IMG/VR virus record: IMGVR_UViG_3300008111_000019
Location: 32,001 to 96,000 of that record
From: a virus
Reading direction: 5' to 3' (one strand)
DNA: 64,000 nucleotides
The translations under genes and the position numbers were made by a program. This document shows positions 40,955 to 48,489 of the stretch, one piece after another. Under the pieces are notes generated by a model. The model ran no database searches. It was given only the letters and a program-made list of their open reading frames with translations, and was not told the DNA's origin. Numbering within the stretch: the stretch's first letter is position 1; every line of letters starts with the position of its first letter.

Positions 40955-41388
40955 TGATTATTCTTTTTCACAGTCTGTATATCTAAAGTACCTGTATCAA
41001 CAGGACCACCAAAATCACCATCTACTACAACATTTGCACAAAGTTCACGGAACCATCGATCTACGATTTCTTCGTCTTTATCACCATCTACACCGTAACC
41101 TTCTTGCTTTAATTGTAACACAAATTGGTCATTCCAGTCAAGTTCAAAAAATCCATTTCGTACATTATCTGAATTGACATGAGTATTCAAAACTCCTACC
41201 CAGGGTTCTTTTTTACGAGTAGCACGATCTTTTGGACTAAGTTTAGCCAATTCTTGTTCTTGAGCAATTTCTTTTAAACTGTTTTCGGCTTCTTCTTTTA
41301 ATTTGGTAGCCTGCTCTAGTGCCTGTCTTGCTTCTTCTATATTGGCTTCGATTTTATCTAACCCAAATAATTTTTTAACGAATTTCAT
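40951..41388 (-). CDS. Hypothetical protein (coiled-coil N-terminus)
   Basis: Likely start ATG 41388 (TAATG overlap with the queE stop); 'GFFELDWND.F'. Confidence 0.65.
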   Translation of the reverse strand: MKFVKKLFGLDKIEANIEEARQALEQATKLKEEAENSLKEIAQEQELAKLSPKDRATRKKEPWVGVLNTHVNSDNVRNGFFELDWNDQFVLQLKQEGYGVDGDKDEEIVDRWFRELCANVVVDGDFGGPVDTGTLDIQTVKKNNQ

Positions 41389-42245
41389 TAAGTTCCCCAC
41401 TCATTTTTAAACAATGGTACTTGTAGTCTGTCACTGTACCGTAATCCATTCTTCATAGCCAGTTCCGCAACACGGCGATTATTTAAAGTATAAACACTTT
41501 CAACTCCGCCTACAGGCATTAGATAGATTGGACCAGTAAACCCGTGTGCTCGATAGATATCGGCAGTCTCTATGGCTTCTTCGGCATCTTCTTCTGTAGC
41601 AATTACAAATTTTAGATATGTGTATCCATATTCTTCGTATTCACAAACAACTTCAGGCTGTATAGCAACATGCCTCTCTTCTCCGGAACAACTCAATTTT
41701 GCACTTACACTGAAAGTGATTTCTCTCCAAAAGTCGTGTGCATGATGACTTTTCCAGGTGTGTAAGTATAATTTAAAATCATCTGTTAATGCTTGAGTGC
41801 CATTAGTCTCAAATGTAATTTCTTTTAGATTTTGCATCTTAGGATGATCTAGCAGGTCTGGATATGCACGTTGCCAACCTAGTAAAGGTTCACCACCTGT
41901 GATAACAAGATGTTCATCTCGCCATTCGTTGAAAGGCAGAATCTCACAGATACGTTCTGCAATACCATCGCTAGTAAGCATAGGACTGAGATCTTTAAAA
42001 CGAGGATCCCAACTTGCATAACTGTCACAGCCTGTGCTAACTAATGGCAATTCTTCATATTTTGTAAATTCATGCACTCTAGAAGCAATGGCTTCAACTT
42101 CTTGGCTAGCCTCACCTCTAGGCATACCAAATCCCGCACACTTAAAGTTACAACCAAATGTACGTAAGAAAACAGAAGGCACGCCCATGAAACGTCCTTC
42201 ACCTTGAATACTATAAAATAGTTCAGCGATTTTAATTTTGCTCAT
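41388..42245 (-). CDS. queE: 7-carboxy-7-deazaguanine synthase QueE (radical SAM)
   Basis: 'IAELFYSIQGEG..MGVPSVFLRTFGCNFKC...GCDS', 'VITGGEPLL', 'ETNGT', 'SAK', 'LKFV', 'YLMP', 'RLQV'. Confidence 0.9.
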   Translation of the reverse strand: MSKIKIAELFYSIQGEGRFMGVPSVFLRTFGCNFKCAGFGMPRGEASQEVEAIASRVHEFTKYEELPLVSTGCDSYASWDPRFKDLSPMLTSDGIAERICEILPFNEWRDEHLVITGGEPLLGWQRAYPDLLDHPKMQNLKEITFETNGTQALTDDFKLYLHTWKSHHAHDFWREITFSVSAKLSCSGEERHVAIQPEVVCEYEEYGYTYLKFVIATEEDAEEAIETADIYRAHGFTGPIYLMPVGGVESVYTLNNRRVAELAMKNGLRYSDRLQVPLFKNEWGT

Positions 42246-42438
42246 TCTTTATTATACCACTTTTTACGAAAGTTGTCAAATCTTCTTTGACCAATTGATA
42301 ACTACCATCACCTAGATCTATCCAATGGATATGATCTCCCTCTTTCCAATTTGTTTCTTTTAAAAGATCTTCTGGAAATTTAAGAAAAAAATCACTAGTT
42401 TCGAGATCTTCTTCAACTTCTAAAATCCATCTTTTCAT
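42232..42438 (-). CDS. AbrB/MazE/SpoVT-like small DNA-binding protein
   Basis: 'FLKFPEDLLKETNWKEGDHIHW...DGSYQL' fits the swapped-hairpin pattern. Confidence 0.6.
   Translation of the reverse strand: MKRWILEVEEDLETSDFFLKFPEDLLKETNWKEGDHIHWIDLGDGSYQLVKEDLTTFVKSGIIKNEQN
42251..42279 (-). promoter_or_regulatory. Consensus sigma70 promoter TTGACA-17-TATAAT with extended -10, upstream of queE
   Basis: - strand reads TTGACA actttcgtaaaaagtgg TATAAT aaaga ATG; lies within the 3' end of 42232..42438. Confidence 0.8.
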
Positions 42439-42629
42439 GTTCTATATTTTTCATTGTTGTACTGCATTTTAAGTTTTCGACATTCTTCTTTAACTTCTTT
42501 AGGAATATCAGGATGCCATTCAGCCATACTACAATCGTAGACTTTACCTGTTGACTCTCCAAAGTTTGTCAAACACAAAATTAATGCTGCCGCAATGACC
42601 GCTAACAAGAATACATAACTATTTTTCAT
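42435..42629 (-). CDS. Small membrane-anchored/secreted protein
   Basis: Hydrophobic N-terminus; 'YDCSMAEWHPDIP..VKEECRK'. Confidence 0.55.
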   Translation of the reverse strand: MKNSYVFLLAVIAAALILCLTNFGESTGKVYDCSMAEWHPDIPKEVKEECRKLKMQYNNEKYRT

Positions 42630-42826
42630 ATTTGATCACTTATCAATAATTTGCACATCAACGCATCTTGCTCAGTGTTGAAATGAAACTTCATACAATC
42701 TGTACTAACTTCTGTTCTATATCGTGTTCCTGGTAAACCAAAATGATACATAACGTTGGCGCATGTTTCATTCCACCAAACTTCTTTTTGATTTTGCCAA
42801 GGAATAGTAATTGTGTTATTTTTCAT
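42626..42826 (-). CDS. Hypothetical protein
   Basis: Coupled ORF, 'WWNETCA.V...FGLPG.RY'. Confidence 0.55.
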   Translation of the reverse strand: MKNNTITIPWQNQKEVWWNETCANVMYHFGLPGTRYRTEVSTDCMKFHFNTEQDALMCKLLISDQI

Positions 42827-43400
42827 TTATGTGTTTAGCAATAGTTTCATAAATGACTCTGTTGCCGTTAATAGTATAATGATTGATAGAACCTCTTTCT
42901 TTTTTCCACAGATCACTAAAGTCGAGACAATTTGTTTCAATGGTTAATTCTCTGCTAATATCTGTATGTGTAAGACTAAGATAAGGCTGTTTTTCTACAG
43001 TGTCGAGAATTTTTTGCCTAATCAAATTATAAATGTCTATTTGATATTCGTCGTCATAATGATATTTGAAATATCCTTGAGCAACCCTTAAACTAGGATT
43101 GAACCAATTGTTTCTGTCAATGATATCATTGGCTAAAAGATCGCAGTTTTTATGAAAGCCTTCAATGTGAATAGGATGTTTTGGAGTGTGGATTCTGCTT
43201 GGACTAGTATGACTAACGATTGTTAGATCAAACTTTGTAATATCCACTGACTGTAACTGCTTTAATATTTTATACTCGCCACAACCGGCCATAGCAAGAT
43301 TAGTAACATTGTGTCTGTGAGATAAAATATCTACCCAGCCTAGTTTTGCAAACGGCCATTTGGCTGCAAAACTGTCGCCTACCACAAGAATATTGATCAT
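42816..43400 (-). CDS. SGNH/GDSL hydrolase-like protein
   Basis: 'ILVVGDSF', 'NLAMAGCG', C-terminal 'NHYTINGN'. Confidence 0.6.
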   Translation of the reverse strand: MINILVVGDSFAAKWPFAKLGWVDILSHRHNVTNLAMAGCGEYKILKQLQSVDITKFDLTIVSHTSPSRIHTPKHPIHIEGFHKNCDLLANDIIDRNNWFNPSLRVAQGYFKYHYDDEYQIDIYNLIRQKILDTVEKQPYLSLTHTDISRELTIETNCLDFSDLWKKERGSINHYTINGNRVIYETIAKHINEK

Positions 43401-43424
43401 AATGTTTTTAACCAGGGTAGATAT

Positions 43425-44216
43425 TTAGTGGCTATCAAAAGTATGATATTCTCTGTTATAGTGTTCTTGATCTTCCAAAAAGTATTTAGAATGATCAATG
43501 TGTCGTTCTTTCATAAAACTTTCAACTGCTTTCCGAGTCAGTGCAGTTGATTTTAATTTTCCGTAATATTCAAATGTTTGGGGATATCGTAATCTATCAG
43601 TGACATTGAAAAGATATAATTTTGCACCATTTTCTTGACAGAGCCTATCCCAAACAAATACATTCAATAGGAAATCTCTTTTTTCAATAAAACTATTCAT
43701 TTCGAAGAATAATTTTATCTGCATAAAAGTGTGTTCTCTAATGTTTGGTGTTTTAAGACCGTTATCTGGATCTAAATCTAATCCTGGAAAAGTATTGTAA
43801 TCGTCACTGAGTGCTTTATTAAACAGTTGTAAGTTTTCTTCATTGATAGTTAAATCACAGTACCTATCTATAAAGCCATTCGATGAAGGCATCTTAGTAG
43901 TAAAATGATTCACAGCAATTACATTATCACTTAGTTTTCCATCAAATCCTATAGTAAATCTATTGAACGGAGCCATGCAAAGAAAAACTTCATCGATATC
44001 ATTGTAAGTGTCAAACATAGATTTCATCCAGTCTGTATAAACACGATTATTGACACCTGCCATAGCATAAATGGCTACTGGCTTGTTATTTTCTTCTGCA
44101 TAAATTTCTGCATAGTTGTTATCATTCCAATAGGTATATGATCCAGGACCTTGATTGGTCGGATGGCTCCAATATCCACAAGTATGACTATCACCTATAA
44201 ACAATGCTCTTGACAT
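43425..44216 (-). CDS. SGNH/GDSL hydrolase-like protein (C-terminus apparently frameshifted)
   Basis: 'LFIGDSHTCG', 'AMAGVNN', 'DQEHYN'; start ATG 44216 (TAATG overlap with the HIT stop). Confidence 0.55.
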   Translation of the reverse strand: MSRALFIGDSHTCGYWSHPTNQGPGSYTYWNDNNYAEIYAEENNKPVAIYAMAGVNNRVYTDWMKSMFDTYNDIDEVFLCMAPFNRFTIGFDGKLSDNVIAVNHFTTKMPSSNGFIDRYCDLTINEENLQLFNKALSDDYNTFPGLDLDPDNGLKTPNIREHTFMQIKLFFEMNSFIEKRDFLLNVFVWDRLCQENGAKLYLFNVTDRLRYPQTFEYYGKLKSTALTRKAVESFMKERHIDHSKYFLEDQEHYNREYHTFDSH

Positions 44217-44614
44217 TACCACTTCCTATAATTGCCCTTTTCGGGAATAACATGACGCACTCCGCCTGTTGGATCTTCCATATCTCCTTTGCGTCGAGGA
44301 ATTAAATGAATATGCGGCCATTCTACAGTTTGACCTGCTGCCTGTCCGTAATTAAATCCAACATTAAAACCGTCCCATTCGCCTGCCTGCACTCTTCTGA
44401 TACCGTCTTGTACTGCTTGCTCAACACAGTCCATCAGCACATGAACTGTATTGTATTTAGGTACAAACAAAAGGTGTCCTTCTGTAACTGGGTATTTGTC
44501 TAAAAATACTTTAACATGATAATCTTCTTCCACCAGTTCAGTCCAAGGTGCCTTACTGTCTTCTATAAAAGAAGATTGTCCTAACATTACTTTATTAGTA
44601 TCGTTTTGTTTCAT
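44216..44614 (-). CDS. HIT-family nucleotide hydrolase
   Basis: 'DKYPVTEGHLLFVPK', 'FNVGFNYGQAAGQTVEWPHIHLIPRR.GD'. Confidence 0.9.
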   Translation of the reverse strand: MKQNDTNKVMLGQSSFIEDSKAPWTELVEEDYHVKVFLDKYPVTEGHLLFVPKYNTVHVLMDCVEQAVQDGIRRVQAGEWDGFNVGFNYGQAAGQTVEWPHIHLIPRRKGDMEDPTGGVRHVIPEKGNYRKW

Positions 44615-44838
44615 CTTTGATATTCCTTTCGTTCTCCTGGCAATGAATCTTCTTTGATAACAAATTCTCTACCCATAAGACTACCAAAGAACACTTTTGT
44701 ATTTTCTTTATAAACCATTCTCAGTTTTACTGTTTGAAATGCAACTTCTAAAAATGCTCGAGGTTTGTAATTGAGAATATGTGCCTCAACATCTTTGCCA
44801 TTATCTGTGCAACGAATTTTTACTTTAGCATCTATCAT
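44611..44838 (-). CDS. Hypothetical protein
   Basis: ATGA coupling. Confidence 0.55.
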   Translation of the reverse strand: MIDAKVKIRCTDNGKDVEAHILNYKPRAFLEVAFQTVKLRMVYKENTKVFFGSLMGREFVIKEDSLPGERKEYQR

Positions 44839-44954
44839 TTCTTTTTACCTATACCATGATTAGTAAAGTCGCATAATTTGTGGTATCCCATATTATAACA
44901 GGCACAATGTTTTCCTAATATCCAACGGGCTAATACTATTCTAAGTTTAGTCAT
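44835..44954 (-). CDS. 39-aa Cys/His-rich microprotein (not in the ORF track)
   Basis: MTKLRIVLARWILGKHCACYNMGYHKLCDFTNHGIGKKK*; fills the gap with overlaps at both ends. Confidence 0.55.
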   Translation of the reverse strand: MTKLRIVLARWILGKHCACYNMGYHKLCDFTNHGIGKKK

Positions 44955-45144
44955 TTATGAGGTCTCCGGTTATCGCATTAATTTTCATTCCGGATTCGTT
45001 GACAAAGTAAGGTTGGCACATTTTTTCACCGTCCCATTTTTGTCCGCACCAACATTGACCTTCTGAATTAATGACACAAGAATCAGTACCGCAACAACGA
45101 TTATCCATGTATTCGCCTGCAGTAGTAAATTTTAGGTCATTCAT
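44947..45144 (-). CDS. Small Cys-rich protein
   Basis: 'CCGTDSCVINSEGQCWCGQKW..EKMC'. Confidence 0.55.
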   Translation of the reverse strand: MNDLKFTTAGEYMDNRCCGTDSCVINSEGQCWCGQKWDGEKMCQPYFVNESGMKINAITGDLIND

Positions 45145-45725
45145 TTAGTCCACCAATCTTCCCAAGGGAAATCAACCCAAACATCATTTTCTGCTTTATT
45201 GATTTCTATTCCTACATAATCCATTTTTACATTACATTTGCTTGATAGATTATCTACCAACACAGCAAATTTTACATTATTGTTCCAAACTTCTTCCCAG
45301 GCCGGGTCTTCTGGGAAACAACCACTAGGCCAGTCTTTCATAATCCAATTAAATGTTGCTCCGGTGTCGTTGATATCGTCAACTAACAGAATTTCTTTAT
45401 AAGTTCCATTTTCTAACAAATCACCTGCGGCTTCTAATATACCCGCAACATCTACGGGATTTTCTACAAATCTTTCTCTAGAATTAGGACCAAGGGCATC
45501 TTCGGCCATCCATAAATTTGATTCTCCGCTGTTGCCGTCTCGCAAACTGACGTTTAATGTGTGCATAGGCACATTTAAATATTGACTAATCATCACAGCG
45601 GGAACAAGGCCCCCTCTAGTGATGCCTACTATATAATCGGGCCGCCATCCACTGATTATAATATCTCTACATAATTTAGAAACTAATCCGTTCAGTTCAG
45701 ACTGTTTGATTACGTGCTTGTTCAT
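45141..45725 (-). CDS. Type I purine phosphoribosyltransferase (Gpt/HPRT-like)
   Basis: 'IVGITRGGLVPA', PRPP-binding 'ILLVDDINDTGAT', C-terminal 'WVDFPWE'. Confidence 0.85.
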   Translation of the reverse strand: MNKHVIKQSELNGLVSKLCRDIIISGWRPDYIVGITRGGLVPAVMISQYLNVPMHTLNVSLRDGNSGESNLWMAEDALGPNSRERFVENPVDVAGILEAAGDLLENGTYKEILLVDDINDTGATFNWIMKDWPSGCFPEDPAWEEVWNNNVKFAVLVDNLSSKCNVKMDYVGIEINKAENDVWVDFPWEDWWTK

Positions 45726-46167
45726 ATCTCTCCTTTAGATATTGTTCGTGTTGAACCCATTTATTATTAACTAAAAATCCCCATTCACGTTTGTGGGGTC
45801 CGGGCATAAACAGTGTCCAAGCGGTCACGCCAGGCTTAAGCTCAATACGATGATAAGAGTTAGGACTACATATACGAAAATGGCCGGGTCCTCTCCATTT
45901 ACGTATCTCACAAGATTTATTGCCTTGTTCGTCAAACTGCGGAATCCATTCATAGTATCCACCTTTCAAAATTAATGTAGCATAGGGCCATGGATGATCG
46001 TGAACATCGTCTGGATCACCTTTTAGGAACTTGTGTAAAAATACGTTGAAGGGAAAACGTTTACGATCTTTTAAAAAGAGATAATACCGTTCGAGATACG
46101 GTTCGTTATGCACACGATCAAAAATGATACGTTTGCGATCTAGTTTTTCAAGTAGTTTCAACAACAT
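45697..46167 (-). CDS. Cupin-like protein
   Basis: 'LHKFLKGD.DDVHDHPW...LILKGGY.E' and 'HRIEL...WTLFMPGP' (His/Glu cupin ligands). Confidence 0.6.
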   Translation of the reverse strand: MLLKLLEKLDRKRIIFDRVHNEPYLERYYLFLKDRKRFPFNVFLHKFLKGDPDDVHDHPWPYATLILKGGYYEWIPQFDEQGNKSCEIRKWRGPGHFRICSPNSYHRIELKPGVTAWTLFMPGPHKREWGFLVNNKWVQHEQYLKERYEQARNQTV

Positions 46168-46570
46168 TAAAAATCTCCTCGTCTAGATATCGTCTCAGTT
46201 CTTTATCTGTAGGCTGTACAGTGTAGTTTTGTTTAAAAAAGATTTCATAACTATCTGAGCCATATTTGCCAATGCCATATAACATTGTAGCATCATTTCC
46301 GTCCCAAGTCAAATAGTCTTGACTCATTTTAATCAAACGAGTATATCGGACATTAACCATTCCTAAAGGTTGGATTATACTTTTGACAAACTGTTCATTA
46401 GCGGCTAACAAAGCCTGTGGATTAGGAAACCAATATAAAAACTCTGGCAATGTTGTTTTTACAGATTTTCTACCAGTTTGGTTAAGCATGATTACTCCTA
46501 CCATGTGTTCCCATGCATTGGAAATCTGTTGTTGCACCATTAGATTATCGTGTAAGGGTGTAAACCACAT
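46148..46570 (-). CDS. HhH-GPD DNA glycosylase, MBD4-like
   Basis: 'WEHMVGVIMLNQT' and 'LYGIGKYGSDSYEIF...DKEL..Y' closely resemble the MBD4 catalytic domain. Confidence 0.8.
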   Translation of the reverse strand: MWFTPLHDNLMVQQQISNAWEHMVGVIMLNQTGRKSVKTTLPEFLYWFPNPQALLAANEQFVKSIIQPLGMVNVRYTRLIKMSQDYLTWDGNDATMLYGIGKYGSDSYEIFFKQNYTVQPTDKELRRYLDEEIFNVVETT

Positions 46571-46572
46571 CG

Positions 46573-46644
46573 TTATCTCCTAATGATGATCCAGGCAATA
46601 ATTCCAATAACAATACCTACGATCATTCCTAGAGCAAATAACAT
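46573..46644 (-). CDS. 23-aa single-pass membrane microprotein (not in the ORF track)
   Basis: MLFALGMIVGIVIGIIAWIIIRR*; TAATG overlap upstream; its 3' end supplies the AGGAG SD for 46570. Confidence 0.55.
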   Translation of the reverse strand: MLFALGMIVGIVIGIIAWIIIRR

Positions 46645-46862
46645 TATTCTACACCTTCCCCAAACCAATCGTCAACTTGACGCTCTGCTTCTTCTTGTGT
46701 CATAGCATGAACAAAGATTCTAGCAGGCTCGCCTACAGTGTGTTGTATGTCATATTTTACAACTCCTGCTGGAATAAGAGACCAATCTCTTTCTACAACA
46801 AATTCTTGCAGATTTTTTGCACGATTGATTAAATTATCTGCTATTTCTTTTGCTGTGTTCAT
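46644..46862 (-). CDS. Hypothetical protein
   Basis: Coupled ORF. Confidence 0.55.
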   Translation of the reverse strand: MNTAKEIADNLINRAKNLQEFVVERDWSLIPAGVVKYDIQHTVGEPARIFVHAMTQEEAERQVDDWFGEGVE

Positions 46863-47059
46863 GACGACCTCTGACTAGTACAAGAGTCATTCCACAGTTC
46901 TTGTGCTCGGCGTTTATAATCTTCTAATTCCCACTCTGCTAATCTTTCACGATATTCGCCTTCTTCTAGACCGTGCCAACCAATACACTTGCCTGTAGGA
47001 CTACGACCACAACCACATGGTGAGCCGCCTTCAGTAATTTGATCTGCTCTTATCTGCAT
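46859..47059 (-). CDS. CDGSH-type iron-sulfur domain protein
   Basis: 'CGCGRSPTGKCIGWH' is a variant of C-x-C-x2-S-x3-P-x-C-D-G-S-H. Confidence 0.6.
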   Translation of the reverse strand: MQIRADQITEGGSPCGCGRSPTGKCIGWHGLEEGEYRERLAEWELEDYKRRAQELWNDSCTSQRSS

Positions 47060-47099
47060 GAATTTTCTCCAAAGTAACTATTCATAATTTCTTGTTTTG

Positions 47100-47606
47100 T
47101 TATTCTTCCTCGGGTTTAGGATTATCCACACTCCATGGCCACGATGTTCTAGGATCTGGACGAGGTTTAAGTTTAACATTTTCTTCAATGACTGTGCCAT
47201 CATCTTCGCACAGATCAATTTGATATGGAGCAATGATGTGAACAGCAGTATCTTCTTCCTGCCAATCGTGTTCACCATCAAACAACCAACCTGCGCCACC
47301 TTCGTAGTATGCTTCGCGAATGGCTTCTTGTTCATCTTCGCTGATATCATCACTGAACTCAATCTCAATGTTGATACTATCGTCGAATTCACATCCCCAC
47401 CCTGCATCTGCTCGAGCATAGGCAACATCGTCTCCTTCCCATGGAAGATTGCAGTCTAAGTCGCCTTCGACAAAACCTTGTCCCCAACGATATGTTTCGT
47501 CTAGGGTAAAAGAACTGATACTGCCGTCTGAATTTTCTCTAAACATCTCTACATGATAGATGATGCTTTTCTTTTCAAGAGGTTTAATTACATATACTTG
47601 GCTCAT
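47100..47606 (-). CDS. Acidic hypothetical protein
   Basis: 168-aa D/E-rich ORF with an AAGGA SD. Confidence 0.65.
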   Translation of the reverse strand: MSQVYVIKPLEKKSIIYHVEMFRENSDGSISSFTLDETYRWGQGFVEGDLDCNLPWEGDDVAYARADAGWGCEFDDSINIEIEFSDDISEDEQEAIREAYYEGGAGWLFDGEHDWQEEDTAVHIIAPYQIDLCEDDGTVIEENVKLKPRPDPRTSWPWSVDNPKPEEE

Positions 47607-47614
47607 AGTGTTCC

Positions 47615-48454
47615 TTATCTCGGTGCAAAATCTTGTTGTAGTTTAATGTTGTCAAAGAATTCTTTCTTTGTACTCTGATCGTCTTTGAAAGCACCTTTAA
47701 GAACTGTGGTCTGTGTAAGACTAGAATGTGCCATAATACCACGATTCTCACAGCAACCGTGAACTGCTTGAATATAAATTCCTACATCTTTGGCATCTGT
47801 GGCTCTCATGATTTCCCGAGCAATGTCATTAGCAAGTTCCTCCTGGAGAGTACCTCGTCTCGCACACCACTGAGCGATGCGTGTGTACTTTGAGAGCCCG
47901 ATGAGTTTCTCAGCAGCAATAAGACCAATATAAGCAACGCCACTAACGGGTTGATGATGATGGCTACACATAGAGCGCAACTCACTACGAACAACCAGCA
48001 TACCTTCATACCGATCCTCCGTATCATTTGGAAATGCTGTTGCGTCTGGTGCTGGTTCATATCTTCCTGCCATTATTTCATTAAAGTACATTTTAGCCAA
48101 GCGTCTCGCTGTACCCTGCGAGTTAGGATCGTTTTCACGATCAATCAGCAAGCGATCAAGCACTAGTTCAAATGCTTCTGTTGCTTCATCAATTAATTTC
48201 TCTATATCACCTTCGTGCAAGTAGTCACTGATGTTGTCACCTGCCCAGAAACGTTTCTGGTCACGTTTCATTTTAAAGCGAAGATGATCGCCTAGATATG
48301 CTTCTTGATAGCCACCGTCACCTGCCATAGCGTCTAGTGCTGTTTCCTTTTTAACATATACTTCTTTGTTTAACGGAGTATATTCATCTGATTTAAACGG
48401 TGCTCTAAGATCACCGTTAATTGTTGGATCTAGTTTAAATTCTGTTTTGCTCAA
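47615..48454 (-). CDS. folE: GTP cyclohydrolase I
   Basis: 'RSMCSHHHQP', 'IGLSKYTRI', 'ARR..LQE', 'HGCCENRG', 'KEFF'. Confidence 0.93.
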   Translation of the reverse strand: MSKTEFKLDPTINGDLRAPFKSDEYTPLNKEVYVKKETALDAMAGDGGYQEAYLGDHLRFKMKRDQKRFWAGDNISDYLHEGDIEKLIDEATEAFELVLDRLLIDRENDPNSQGTARRLAKMYFNEIMAGRYEPAPDATAFPNDTEDRYEGMLVVRSELRSMCSHHHQPVSGVAYIGLIAAEKLIGLSKYTRIAQWCARRGTLQEELANDIAREIMRATDAKDVGIYIQAVHGCCENRGIMAHSSLTQTTVLKGAFKDDQSTKKEFFDNIKLQQDFAPR

Positions 48455-48489
48455 TTATAATTCTCCGAGTTATTGTCGTGGATGACATA

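Noticed and set aside
47078..47428. Same-strand alternative-frame ORFs (also 39578, 40189, 47806, 49293, 51790, 52114, 53950, 54568, 56790, 60534, 63596)
   Set aside because: Nested in better-supported genes, with no independent start signals.
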